Shown here: in pieces, positions 1 through 10,986 of the stretch | Layout: the number at the start of each line of letters is the position of its first letter | How positions within the stretch are numbered: the first letter of the stretch is position 1 | Source: an uncultured delta proteobacterium | GTDB taxonomy: Bacteria; Desulfobacterota; Binatia; UBA9968 | Direction of reading: 5' to 3' | Length of the DNA stretch: 64,000 bases | Assembly (NCBI GenBank): GCA_963804165.1 | Contig: CAWDPO010000045.1 | Location: 64,001 to 128,000 of the forward strand | Notes under the pieces: generated by a model | The model's database searches: none | Seen by the model: the letters and a program-made list of their open reading frames with translations, nothing else | Told to the model about the DNA's origin: nothing | Translations under genes and position numbers: made by a program

Positions 1-1169
<1,169 letters not shown>

Positions 1170-1177
1170 GGTGAACG

Positions 1178-2521
1178 ATGCATAAACATCTATGGAACGG
1201 AACCGTCGCGCTATCCCTGGCTTTGTCGGCCTGTAGTTTGGCGCCCAATTATCAGCGGCCCGAGATGGCGCTGCCCACCGGCTGGAGCAACGTCGCCGGC
1301 GTCGGCGCCACGCAACAGAACACGACGTTGTTCTGGCAAGAGTTTGGCAGCGTTGATTTAAACCGGCTGATCGATAACGCATTGGCACAAAACCTTGACC
1401 TCGAAGCGGCGCTTCACCGCATCGATCAGGCGCGCGCCCAGGCAAAGATCGCCGGCGCGCCGCTTTACCCGAGTGTCAGCGCCAGCGGCTCGTCCTCGCG
1501 CACCTATCAAGATCCGAAAAACACCACCTCGGTGCGCGGCGGCGGCAGCGTCAGTTACGAAGTCGATCTCTGGGGCAAGAATCGTAACCAGAAAAAATCC
1601 GCCGACTACCAGGTCGATGCGAGCCAATTCGATCGCGAAGCGCTGCGCCTGGTCGTCACGTCCGATGCGACCAATTTCTACGCGCAGATTTTGAGTCTCA
1701 ACGACCGCGTCCACATCGCCGAATTCAATTTAAAAAATGCCGAGGAAATCCTCCGCATCATCGAAGCGCGCTTCGCCCAGGGCGGCGTTTCCGGCCTGGA
1801 AGTTTCCCAGCAGCGCGTTGAAGTCAACAGTTTTCGCACCGCGTTGGCGTCGCTCATGGAGCAGCGCAGCACCACCGCCAATGCCTTGGCGATCCTGCTC
1901 GGGCTGGCGCCGCAGAACTTTCCGGCACCCAGCGCGACGCTGGCCACGCTCTCTATGCCGCAGATTAGCTTGACGCCGCCGGCAACCCTCTTGACCGCGC
2001 GTCCGGACATCGAGAGCGCCGAAGCCGGTCTCCGCTCCGTCAATGCTGACATCGGCGTGGCGCGTGCGGCATTTTTCCCTTCTCTAACCTTGGGCGTCGA
2101 CACAGCAATTTCCGCCGGATTCGGCGGCCCGGCAGCGGCAGCGACGCAGATCGCCTCGAGTTTGCTCGCGCCGATCTTCACCGGAGGCCAACTCACCGGC
2201 AATCTGGAGAACGTCACCGCGCGCCAGAAAGAACTGGCGGCGCAATACCGTCAAACCGTGCTCGTGGCATTTCAAGAAGTCGAAGACGCCCTCGCCGCGC
2301 TCAAGAGCGCCAACGAACGCGCCGTGCTTTCACGCGCCACCGTCACCGAATCGCAGAACGCCTACGACATCGCCAAAGCGCGCTTCGACGCCGGCGCCAT
2401 CGACTACCTGACGCTGCTGGAAACTCAGCGCAGCCTCTACCAAGCGCAAGACGACCAGATCGCGATCAGGCAAGGCCAGCTCCAGTCGTTCGTCCAGCTA
2501 CGCAAAGCCCTGGGAGCGTGA
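1178..2521 (+). CDS. Efflux outer membrane lipoprotein, NodT/OprM/TolC family
   Basis: Lipobox LSAC, SYEVDLWG, RPDIESAE, AFQEVEDAL. Confidence 0.9.
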   Translation: MHKHLWNGTVALSLALSACSLAPNYQRPEMALPTGWSNVAGVGATQQNTTLFWQEFGSVDLNRLIDNALAQNLDLEAALHRIDQARAQAKIAGAPLYPSVSASGSSSRTYQDPKNTTSVRGGGSVSYEVDLWGKNRNQKKSADYQVDASQFDREALRLVVTSDATNFYAQILSLNDRVHIAEFNLKNAEEILRIIEARFAQGGVSGLEVSQQRVEVNSFRTALASLMEQRSTTANALAILLGLAPQNFPAPSATLATLSMPQISLTPPATLLTARPDIESAEAGLRSVNADIGVARAAFFPSLTLGVDTAISAGFGGPAAAATQIASSLLAPIFTGGQLTGNLENVTARQKELAAQYRQTVLVAFQEVEDALAALKSANERAVLSRATVTESQNAYDIAKARFDAGAIDYLTLLETQRSLYQAQDDQIAIRQGQLQSFVQLRKALGA

Positions 2522-2897
2522 GTAACTAAAGGAAACTCGACGCTCCATCCCTTAACCAAATCATTCCGACCTACATAAGGGCAATCCCATGGGATGCTCT
2601 TATGTATTCTTGGGTGACAGGAACTCCCGTCATCTAATGAAACCGCAGGGAATTCGTGAGAGAATTCGATTCGACGGTGATCTTCGGCGTCGGAATTTGC
2701 CCATGCAGGAAAATCATCGCTTCGTATTTCTCACGATGTGAAATATTTTGATTGACGACAAGCACGTTGCAAATCTCCGTGCTTGTCGTCAAATATGGGT
2801 TGGATCAGGGTGACAAAGACAAGAAACCTTGCCGAATCAGGCAGGTTAAACTCACGGGCTTTCTGAGGCAGGGGTTTTCAAAGAAAGGGGAAAATTC

Positions 2898-3134
2898 ATG
2901 AAGCTTGGATTATTCGCTATTCTGTTGCTCTTGACGGCGTGCGTCCCCCCGCGTCCCAACCCATCAGGCCAATATGACAGCAAGGGTGCGCCTTTATCCA
3001 ATGAAAGCAGACCCGCGAACACCCTCAGCCGGGACGCCTCCGACTGCGAGCGCCAAGCCGCAATATCTGCCGGCGTCGGCAATAGAGCGGAAGTTTTCAA
3101 TAACTGCATGAAAGCTAGACGTACTCCGAACTGA
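2898..3134 (+). CDS. Small lipoprotein, unknown function
   Basis: Signal peptide with lipobox LTAC; two further Cys; purine-rich RBS. Confidence 0.7.
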   Translation: MKLGLFAILLLLTACVPPRPNPSGQYDSKGAPLSNESRPANTLSRDASDCERQAAISAGVGNRAEVFNNCMKARRTPN

Positions 3135-3260
3135 TCCGCCTTCACGATAATCCACGCACTATGAATCAATACAGAGAGATGAAGTTAGACAGTCTGGGGC
3201 CCCGCTTTGGTGACGAACTCTTGGTTGCGCCGCGCCTTTTTCGGACTGAAGCAACCCTGA

Positions 3261-3488
3261 TCAGTGCTCGTCGATCCACGTCTGCGCCATGAGCACAGCA
3301 AACTCATCCGCTTCACGTTGCGTGCAATAAGCGTGATTGAATTGATATTGATGCGAGGGGTATTCCATCTTTTGGGTCGCGGCTTCCTGATGTGTCACGG
3401 TATATTGTGGCACCCAGGTGCCATTTTTTTCGCGCTGGAACGATTCGCTGCGAATCACATAGTCTTTGTACGAAGTATCCTGTTTCAT
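3261..3488 (-). CDS. Small hypothetical protein, CV_2116-like family (copy 1)
   Basis: YKDYVIRSESFQ..W.PQY...EADEFA..WID; clear paralog at 59321. Confidence 0.65.
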   Translation of the reverse strand: MKQDTSYKDYVIRSESFQREKNGTWVPQYTVTHQEAATQKMEYPSHQYQFNHAYCTQREADEFAVLMAQTWIDEH

Positions 3489-3574
3489 GTTCGCCGACAC
3501 TCTGACTTTGTTCAAGCAGGGCAGTCACCCATCGGCACGCGCCTATTGGAGAGTTATCTGATTTCCTCAATACG

Positions 3575-3748
3575 TTATAAAATCGGAAGCGCCGAGCGAA
3601 TTTCCGACTCCGCCGTCGGCTGATTGCCTTCTTGCGAGCTGTCGGGAGATTTCGCCTTTTCGTTACGCCGCTCAATTTTGCGTGCCGCCTTTTTCTGTTG
3701 CTTTTCCTTGCGCGCCCAAGCCTTTTGGCGCTTCTTAAAGGTTTCCAT
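3575..3748 (-). CDS. Small basic protein, 57 aa (METFKKRQKAWARKEKQQKKAARK...)
   Basis: Translated by hand, not in ORF track; GGAGGAGA RBS; K/R-rich helix. Confidence 0.65.
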   Translation of the reverse strand: METFKKRQKAWARKEKQQKKAARKIERRNEKAKSPDSSQEGNQPTAESEIRSALPIL

Positions 3749-4196
3749 AATCTCCTCCTACGGCTAAAGGTTTGTTGAAGACACCGAGAGGCGATACCCG
3801 CTGGAACCACCTCTTAAAACTCAATCAAGTTTGGCCCGAAGATGCGTTAGTCGGACTTTGGAATGAGGACGGTTAGTCCATAAGAGTATAGCAGAGTATG
3901 TGGGTAAAGATAGCCCGCGCGGACTTTGGCTGGAGTCCCCTCGTCCCGTGGTGTAAAGCGTGACCTGCGATTTCCTCTAGTTCATCGCCTTGCCCTACAA
4001 TCGGATCGCAAACTACGTGTATTAAATAATTCCATCGGCAAGTAATGCTTGGGCAGTGACATACCGCGAGGGCGCTCGACTATTACAACCCGCCGGTGTC
4101 CTGATGGGCGTCATAGTTCTTAAAAGAATACGAACTCGGCGGGATATCTCGTTCGGGCCGTCTCGTGCTCTCACGTGGACCTGGACCTCAGCGGTA

Positions 4197-4427
4197 TTAG
4201 GGCGACGTTTTGACACCAACTACTACCAACACGATCCCACTTACCAGCGCCAATCCGCCCAAGAACGGCGAGACCGCAAGAGTCTGCTTGGCATCGGTAC
4301 GAGTTTGAAGGCCCGTGGTGTCGACGGTCTTCTCGTAGCTTGTGTCGCTGCCCCCTTGATAAGAAAAAGCCACGATGCCGAGAAGGATGAGGGCGATACC
4401 GACGTGTATTATTGGTTTAGTATTCAC
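4197..4427 (-). CDS. DUF3185-like small membrane protein
   Basis: Two TM segments; paralog of 28994-29224; GTG start. Confidence 0.6.
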   Translation of the reverse strand: MNTKPIIHVGIALILLGIVAFSYQGGSDTSYEKTVDTTGLQTRTDAKQTLAVSPFLGGLALVSGIVLVVVGVKTSP

Positions 4428-4704
4428 AAAAACCTCTCTCTCTTTCAGCAAAACCGAAACGGCTGAACAACTCTGGACTGCCGAATACGATTGATCCCTA
4501 TCTCCGGGAGAGCGCAAGCCACAATTACATGAATCATCCCGATAACCAACGTATAGGAACCAAAAATTTAGAGCCCCATGACCAAAGGCTTCGCGAAGAT
4601 CGCCCAAGACACGACACCAATTTCAACCAGTCTTTTCTGAAGGACCTAGGATTCTATCCAGGTTCAGAACCCCTCTTACGATCCGCTGAATCGAAAGGAA
4701 TTGC

Positions 4705-4720
4705 CGTCCAAAACTAGACA
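4705..4720 (-). promoter_or_regulatory. Crp-type palindromic box 1 (CGTCCAAAACTAGACA)
   Basis: Degenerate match to TGTCYAATATTRGACA with the shared A/T-rich distal flank. Confidence 0.6.
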
Positions 4721-4765
4721 ATTTTGAAAAGAAATGTCGCGCTGCGTGCGAGCGGCTTCCGTGCT

Positions 4766-5455
4766 CTACGCAATCTGCGCCAAGTAATCGGTGAGTTTCT
4801 TTTCTTTGATGATGAGAAAACGATCCTTGTTGGTCTCGATCAGACCAAGGTTATGGAAGCGCTGCATGAACAAGCTGATCCTTGGCCGCGTCGTGCCCAC
4901 CATCTCGGAGAGTTCTTCATGGGAAATCTTCAGCTCAATGCGGATGCTACGCGGGTCCTTCTTGCCCATGGAGCGGGCCAACTGCAACAACGTCCGGCCC
5001 AGCCGCTGTTCGCTATCCACCGTCACGAGATTAGCGATCACCTGCTGCTGGTCGGCAATCCGCACCGCCAGGTAGCGCACGAAACCCTCGAACAACGAGT
5101 CGCGGCTTAGACGCCCCAAGAATTGAGAGCAAGGAATCTGCTTCAGCATCGTTTGCTTCATCGCCGTCGCCGTTTCGAGGCGCGTGCCTAAGCCGGACAG
5201 GCATAGCTCACCGAAAACGTCTCCCGGACCCTGAATGGCCAGCAGGCACTCTTTGCCGTCGGACGACAGCATGAGCAGCTTGATCTGGCCGCTTTCAACA
5301 AAATAGACCATCTCGTCTTGATCGCCGCACGTATATACGTTCGCGTGTCGAGCGATCTTGACGGCGCGAGTATTCAGGGTCTCGCGCACTAGCGAATCAC
5401 GTAGTTGTTGTTTGAACTCGTCGGCTTGAGGAGTCTGTTGAATCGCCATCATCAT
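4766..5455 (-). CDS. Crp/Fnr family transcriptional regulator (paralog 1)
   Basis: cNMP-binding fold (GDVFGELCL) plus HTH SHEELSEMVGTTRPRIS; AGGAGA RBS before ATG 5455. Confidence 0.92.
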   Translation of the reverse strand: MMMAIQQTPQADEFKQQLRDSLVRETLNTRAVKIARHANVYTCGDQDEMVYFVESGQIKLLMLSSDGKECLLAIQGPGDVFGELCLSGLGTRLETATAMKQTMLKQIPCSQFLGRLSRDSLFEGFVRYLAVRIADQQQVIANLVTVDSEQRLGRTLLQLARSMGKKDPRSIRIELKISHEELSEMVGTTRPRISLFMQRFHNLGLIETNKDRFLIIKEKKLTDYLAQIA

Positions 5456-5746
5456 GTCTCCTATCGATGCCCACGATGAAAACAACGACGGTCGACTTTC
5501 CTGGGGCGCTCGTTCGGTTATCCTTCGGCGAAGAACCTCCGCGGTTGACGGGCACCTATGAGACTATCGCGCGGCTGGCGCCGTGTCCAGGGGGGATGCT
5601 GTCCAATGCTTGAGCTGTTTCCGTATGTACCACAGCAAACTAAGCTGGTTAATCTAAGCTGGTCAATCCAAATTGCGGTGACCAAATTAGATTTGAGAGG
5701 AGTGAGCACGCTCCACAAGAGAGCCCTCCAACTGTTTTTGAACTAT

Positions 5747-7210
5747 TTATGACTCCTTTGGTTCGTAGGCAACGACGCGGTCACCGCCGGCCTGCTTGGC
5801 CGCATACATGGCATTGTCAGCCGCGTGGAGTAATTCAGCAGCCGTGGAACCGTGTTCAGGCGCATCGGCAACGCCAGCCGATACAGTGATCGCGCCTGGC
5901 GTCGAGAACCCGTGCCGAATCTGCTTTTCTTTAACCAGCACGCGGATTTGTTCCACGCGTTGATGGGTGTCCGCGAGCGATGAATCGGGCAGCACGAGGA
6001 CAAACTCATCGCCGCCATAGCGGCACGAGATATCGCTCTTGCGCAGCTTTTCACGCAGCGCTTGCGCCAACTCGCGTAACATCGAGTCGCCGGCGTCGTG
6101 GCCGAAGGTATCGTTGAACGGCTTAAAGTTATCGAGGTCGAGCATCACGACGCAGAGCGGCGAGTTGCCACGCCGCGCTCGATGCAGCTCGCGCGCTAGA
6201 TTCTCTTCCAAATAGCGCCGATTGCATAGCCCGGTCAGAGGATCATGGGTAGCCTGTTCGCGCAGCTCCTCCCGTAGTTTCAAATTATACAAAGACAGCT
6301 TGATCGTTTCGCCCACCGCCACGGCCAGTTGTTGCCTCGTGACCGAACCGATAAGTTTTCCTGCCGCGCCGGTGAGACACAACAGTCCGGTTGCTCCGCT
6401 CTTGACTATCAAAGGTACACACAAATAGCCGGCCTGGGGTTGATGGACAAAGTGATGACACAGCAAATCCACCCGGGGATCGATGACTTCATGCAATTGA
6501 CCGCGCCGTATCGCCCAACAGTCCTCCAATGAAAAGGGGGACTTTAGCGGTGACTCGTTGCCCCAATGGGCAACCTTCTCCAAGTGTTGATTCCGGCCGC
6601 CCGAAATAGCTAATCCGCCACTGTCCTCGGTAAATAATTCATTCGCCATCAGGCCAACCACCTGGTAGGCCTCGGCCTGGGTGGTGCACGATTGAAGCAG
6701 ATCGTTTAGGCGGATGAGCGACTTCATTTCCTCGTCACGCCTTTGTAGTTCAGCCACCGAAGCCCTCAACTCGTCATTGACCTTCCGTATACCCTCCTCG
6801 GCCTGTTTGCGGGCAGTAATGTCGCGGACGTTGCACTGGATCACGCGCCAGCCGTCGACCAGGTAGACATTGCTGACGAACTCCACCTGGATTTGTTGTC
6901 CGGCTTTGGTTTCCAACGGCAGGTTCTCGTAACGGATGTATTCCTTTTTCTGCAAGTCGCGCATGGCGTCCTGGCTCGCGGCAATATCTTTGACTGGACC
7001 GATCTCCCAGAGCGCCTTGCCGATTAACTCGGTGTGAGAATATCCCAGCATGTCTTGCAGGAACGGGTTGACGTCGGTGACCCGTCCCGTGTCCGCATCC
7101 AGGAGGAGAATACCGTCCTTAGCCGTCTCGAAGAGGCGCCGGTAGCGAAGTTCGGAAGCTCGCGACTGCTCCCGCGTGAGCGTGGCGCCATTGTCGGTGT
7201 TATCATCCAT
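5747..7210 (-). CDS. Diguanylate cyclase PAS-GAF-GGDEF (paralog 1)
   Basis: PAS (DITARK), GAF, HDPLTGL, RKSD I-site, RYGGDEF. Confidence 0.92.
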   Translation of the reverse strand: MDDNTDNGATLTREQSRASELRYRRLFETAKDGILLLDADTGRVTDVNPFLQDMLGYSHTELIGKALWEIGPVKDIAASQDAMRDLQKKEYIRYENLPLETKAGQQIQVEFVSNVYLVDGWRVIQCNVRDITARKQAEEGIRKVNDELRASVAELQRRDEEMKSLIRLNDLLQSCTTQAEAYQVVGLMANELFTEDSGGLAISGGRNQHLEKVAHWGNESPLKSPFSLEDCWAIRRGQLHEVIDPRVDLLCHHFVHQPQAGYLCVPLIVKSGATGLLCLTGAAGKLIGSVTRQQLAVAVGETIKLSLYNLKLREELREQATHDPLTGLCNRRYLEENLARELHRARRGNSPLCVVMLDLDNFKPFNDTFGHDAGDSMLRELAQALREKLRKSDISCRYGGDEFVLVLPDSSLADTHQRVEQIRVLVKEKQIRHGFSTPGAITVSAGVADAPEHGSTAAELLHAADNAMYAAKQAGGDRVVAYEPKES

Positions 7211-7318
7211 TTCAGCACCCCTTTCCCCGCTGGCACGCTGCTTAACGAAAGGAAACCAAATCGATGTACCGACGAGACAGTTTATGGGTTATTATCTTGC
7301 GCTCATCGGCAAGAGTTC

Positions 7319-7334
7319 TGTCTAATATTGGACA
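7319..7334 (-). promoter_or_regulatory. Crp-type box 2 (TGTCTAATATTGGACA) upstream of cyclase 1
   Basis: Near-perfect palindrome; GATAAT 22 nt downstream on the minus strand. Confidence 0.75.
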
Positions 7335-7439
7335 ATCTTGAATGAAGTTATAACGAGGGCGGCGGGCTCGCGCGGCGTGTGGCGCGCTGCCATTCAGTTA
7401 AACGATGACATGGAAGCGGTCGCTAAAATGACAGAGATC

Positions 7440-7682
7440 CTAGCTGAAGTGGCCATTCTGGACATGGTTATCCACCCACACTCGCGCGGTCTCGATGGCG
7501 GAAATCTCAGCCTCGGAGGCATATACAAAGCGGTCTTGCGGACGACCTTTAAGAGAGGCCACGTGCTTTCTTTCACCCTCACTCCAACAAACACTGGCCA
7601 CGGGGAGCCAAAAGCAATCTCCAGCATCGCGCTGAGTCGCGACAAAGATCAGATGTTCCTTGTAAGTCATTCGCGCTTCCAT
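7440..7682 (-). CDS. Small hypothetical protein, CV_2116-like family (copy 2)
   Basis: YKEHLIFV...W.PVASV.W...EAE..A...ARVWVD. Confidence 0.6.
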   Translation of the reverse strand: MEARMTYKEHLIFVATQRDAGDCFWLPVASVCWSEGERKHVASLKGRPQDRFVYASEAEISAIETARVWVDNHVQNGHFS

Positions 7683-7699
7683 CCGACATCTTGACTAAT

Positions 7700-9157
7700 C
7701 TAGCCCACGCTGCCTTCGAGACTGACGCCTAGAAGCTTCTGGGCCTCCACGGCAAACTCCATCGGCAGCTCGCGAAACACCTGCTTGCAGAAACCATTGA
7801 CGATCAGCGTTACCGCATCCTCCGGCGAAATACCGCGCTGTCTGCAATAAAAAAGCTGATCTTCGCCGATCTTCGAGGTCGAAGCCTCGTGCTCCACCTG
7901 CGAGGAACTGTTCATGACTTCGAGATAAGGGAAAGTATGCGCGCCGCACTTATCGCCCAGCAGCAACGAGTCACACTGAGAATAATTGCGTGCGCCGGTA
8001 GCGCCCTTCATCACTTTCACGAGCCCCCGATAGGTGTTTTGCCCGTGTCCCGCGGAGATTCCCTTCGAAATGATCGTGCTCTTGGTATTTTTCCCGATGT
8101 GGATCATCTTGGTGCCCGTATCCGCCTGCTGATAGTTGTTGGTGAGTGCCACCGAGTAAAACTCCCCAACCGAGTTGTCACCCCGCAGGATGCAGCTCGG
8201 ATATTTCCAGGTGATCGCCGAGCCGGTCTCTACCTGCGTCCAAGAAATCTTGGAGTTGATTCCCACACACTTGCCCCGCTTGGTGACAAAATTGTAGATC
8301 CCGCCCTTGCCGTCCTTGTCGCCGGGATACCAGTTCTGCACCGTCGAGTACTTGATCTGTGCGTTGTCGAGAGCAACAAGTTCCACGACCGCGGCATGCA
8401 GCTGGTTCTCATCCCGCATCGGCGCGGTGCAGCCTTCGAGATAACTTACGTAGCTACCCTCATCGGCAACGATCAACGTGCGCTCAAATTGGCCTGTCTC
8501 GGCGGCATTGATGCGAAAGTAAGTCGATAGCTCCATCGGGCATCGCACACCTTTGGGGACGTAAACGAAGGAACCGTCACTGAAGACAGCTGCGTTCAAG
8601 GCCGCGAAGAAGTTGTCGCTGTAGGGCACCACCGAGCCGAGATATTTTTTCACCAGCACGGGATGTTTCTGCAGCGCCTCGGAAAAGGAACAAAAGATGA
8701 TCCCCAACGCTCCCAGCTTTTCCTTGAACGTCGTCGCCACCGACACGCTGTCGAAGACCGCATCGACCGCCACGCCGGTGAGCCACTTTTGCTCGGACAA
8801 TGGAATACCGAGCTTCTCATAAGTTTCGAGCAGCTTGGGGTCGACCTCGTCGAGGCTTTTTAGCCCCGCGTTTGTCTTCGGCGCCGAATAGTAGATGAGG
8901 TCCTGGTAGTCGATCGGCGGATAGTGAACGTTGGCCCACTTGGGTTCTGCCTGCGACTTTGCCAGCTTCTCCCAGTGCCGGTAGGCCTTCAGGCGCCAGT
9001 CCAGCATGAAGTTCGGCTCGTTCTTCTTGCCGGAAATCAAGCGAACGATTTCCTTGTTGAGCCCGCGAGGCACCGTGTCGGTCTCGATGTCGGTGACAAA
9101 CCCGTACTTATACTCCCGGCTGAGAAGCTCCTGCGGGTTGTATGTGGAAGTGTTCAT
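7700..9157 (-). CDS. sufB: Fe-S cluster assembly protein SufB (stand-alone)
   Basis: [42 protein letters not shown]; true start likely ATG 9157, not 9415. Confidence 0.95.
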   Translation of the reverse strand: MNTSTYNPQELLSREYKYGFVTDIETDTVPRGLNKEIVRLISGKKNEPNFMLDWRLKAYRHWEKLAKSQAEPKWANVHYPPIDYQDLIYYSAPKTNAGLKSLDEVDPKLLETYEKLGIPLSEQKWLTGVAVDAVFDSVSVATTFKEKLGALGIIFCSFSEALQKHPVLVKKYLGSVVPYSDNFFAALNAAVFSDGSFVYVPKGVRCPMELSTYFRINAAETGQFERTLIVADEGSYVSYLEGCTAPMRDENQLHAAVVELVALDNAQIKYSTVQNWYPGDKDGKGGIYNFVTKRGKCVGINSKISWTQVETGSAITWKYPSCILRGDNSVGEFYSVALTNNYQQADTGTKMIHIGKNTKSTIISKGISAGHGQNTYRGLVKVMKGATGARNYSQCDSLLLGDKCGAHTFPYLEVMNSSSQVEHEASTSKIGEDQLFYCRQRGISPEDAVTLIVNGFCKQVFRELPMEFAVEAQKLLGVSLEGSVG

Positions 9158-9329
9158 GGCTTTACCTTTGCCTTCCTCTGAGAACAGATTCTTGATTGGC
9201 TCAATTCGGCGAGAATTCACTCGTCCATCTCCAAAAAATGACCTGGCCGAAGTGTTCTCTGTGTAAGATCGAGCCCAGCGCCTCCGGGCAGTTAGCAGAA
9301 GACCCTTCTCGCCTCCGAATTGGGAAGAA

Positions 9330-9656
9330 TCAACTAGAACCAACCGCGCTGGCAGCGATCTGGTGCGAGGTCGAATTGCCGACCTCAAAGATCTCCACTT
9401 TGGGAGTGCCTTCAATCACCCTCGACAGGGCGCGCAAAATCTCAGGATAGGTCTTCTGGTTGTAGACTTCCGCGTCCTCTTTTTTATTCCAGAGACTGAT
9501 CGTCAATGCCTCATTACGATCCGCAGCGACAAAACTAATCGCATCGTCAAATCCTCTTTGCCTTCTGAGCAAGGGAATGACCTCTCCCTCAAGAATCTTC
9601 GTAAACTCCACCGCGCTCTTCGCCTTGAGTTTAAAACTCACGTTTCGGCTATACAT
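9330..9656 (-). CDS. ABM-like (antibiotic biosynthesis monooxygenase fold) protein (copy 1)
   Basis: [21 protein letters not shown]; paralogs at 58168 and 60102. Confidence 0.7.
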   Translation of the reverse strand: MYSRNVSFKLKAKSAVEFTKILEGEVIPLLRRQRGFDDAISFVAADRNEALTISLWNKKEDAEVYNQKTYPEILRALSRVIEGTPKVEIFEVGNSTSHQIAASAVGSS

Positions 9657-9745
9657 TTCAGCCTCCCTAATTGGACCGGTTGGAGGGTTAGGACGGCAGG
9701 CCTAGAACAAATCTAGGTAACCGTCGAACGTAACCCCATGCCATA
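9657..9745 (-). ncRNA. Conserved 5' leader element, copy L1
   Basis: GGGGUUAC-N7-GGUUAC, hairpin CCUAGA/UCUAGG closed by GACGG/CCGUC, UAACCCUCC, then SD GGGAGG. Confidence 0.5.
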
Positions 9746-9782
9746 ATTTTATAAAACCTATCCTGACCATGACGGATTGCTC

Positions 9783-10085
9783 TTAGTTGCTCGTTTGATG
9801 CGCGGCAAATTCGAGAGCTTTGAGACGATATTCCAGCTGTTCCTGAAACCATGTATCCCTGGGCCAGTGCCACTGCGCATGCGGCAGAGACTCGCCGCTA
9901 TAGGAGCAGCCATTCACCTTGCTCTGCAAGAAAATGAGCTGCCAGTAGCTCAGCTTGTCCTTTCCCGCACCATCAACACGAGTTCTGGTAAAAAGTTCTT
10001 TCACCAGTTCTGTAATCCCGCTCAAGGACTCTTGCGCCAGGAGTCCAACCGGAAATGATAGATTGTCCAGATGACCCACCTTCAT
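9783..10085 (-). CDS. Hypothetical protein, 100 aa
   Basis: GGAGG RBS before ATG 10085; downstream of Crp box 3. Confidence 0.5.
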   Translation of the reverse strand: MKVGHLDNLSFPVGLLAQESLSGITELVKELFTRTRVDGAGKDKLSYWQLIFLQSKVNGCSYSGESLPHAQWHWPRDTWFQEQLEYRLKALEFAAHQTSN

Positions 10086-10343
10086 TGCGACCTCCGCGAT
10101 AATTTTTTTCTTCAGACCAAAAGCAGTCCGCGCGCACGACTCGGGCCGGTTGCAGCGCGATGGTTCCTGTCCGCTCTTTTGCCGGTGTTTTAGTCCTGGC
10201 CCGGCCGGTATTATGGACAGATCGAGCGCAGCACAAATGGAGAGCGGAGAAAGCCATGCGAGTCGTCGCTTAACAACCACTACTCGGCCTCCTCGTCTAA
10301 ACCGTCTATTGGATTCAATCTATGCCGACTCGACAGAAGTTTC

Positions 10344-10359
10344 CGTCTAATATTGGACA
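10344..10359 (-). promoter_or_regulatory. Crp-type box 3 (CGTCTAATATTGGACA)
   Basis: TAGATT exactly 21 nt downstream on the minus strand. Confidence 0.75.
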
Positions 10360-10478
10360 GGAATTGAAAAGAATTATCACACCCAGCTTCCAATCACTAA
10401 AAAATGCTCCGGGACACGTTTTCATTGCGTAATATCAACGAATTTTGGCAAACGATGCAGAAACATCGGCTGATTTCT

Positions 10479-10507
10479 TTGACAAAGGTCCTGGCCATCC
10501 TTACCTT
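10479..10507 (+). promoter_or_regulatory. Sigma70-type promoter of hsp20-lon
   Basis: TTGACA-N17-TACCTT. Confidence 0.6.
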
Positions 10508-10554
10508 TATTTATTAGCGCTTGCGTTAGCGAATGGCCTGGAGGCCCATAAAAT

Positions 10555-10986
10555 ATGGCGTCGCACGATTGGGATTTCTTGATTTGGCATCGAGCTAACG
10601 ATCTGCTGCAGCAAGCAGGGCGGATCCATAGGAACTTTTTGCAAATAGCAGCCGGCGCTCACTATCGGGCATCTCCTGGTAGATCGCCAAGTTGGGAACC
10701 TCCCGTTAACGTCGTTGAGACTGATGAGAGCCTTTGGGTGATTTCGGCCATCGCGGGAATGGCAGCCGAGCGAGTAGATGTACGGCTGGAGGGACGCGAA
10801 CTTATCATTGCGGGCGTACGCCCGCTGCCAGATTGCTGCTCTGACGGGGAATTAAAGGTATGGGAAATCCCGCTCGGCCGCTTTGAGCGGCGACTCAGGC
10901 TCGTGCCAAGCGAACAAGCTCTATCGGTAGGAGAAATTTCTTTTCGAGACGGCCTGCTGATCATCGAGCTAAGGAAACATGCATGA
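10555..10986 (+). CDS. Hsp20/alpha-crystallin family protein
   Basis: WEPPVNVVET, EIPLGRFERRLRL, DGLLII; ATGA overlap with lon. Confidence 0.88.
   Translation: MASHDWDFLIWHRANDLLQQAGRIHRNFLQIAAGAHYRASPGRSPSWEPPVNVVETDESLWVISAIAGMAAERVDVRLEGRELIIAGVRPLPDCCSDGELKVWEIPLGRFERRLRLVPSEQALSVGEISFRDGLLIIELRKHA

Noticed and set aside
9158-9415. Long N-terminal extensions in the ORF track (sufB to 9415, PBP to 42964, transglutaminase from 36370, mlaC to 49782, kinase to 53088)
   Set aside because: They overlap neighbouring genes or promoters; family similarity begins at downstream starts.
10514-10540. CIRCE element before hsp20
   Set aside because: Left arm TTAGCGCTT is 7/9 but the right arm barely matches GAGTGCTAA.
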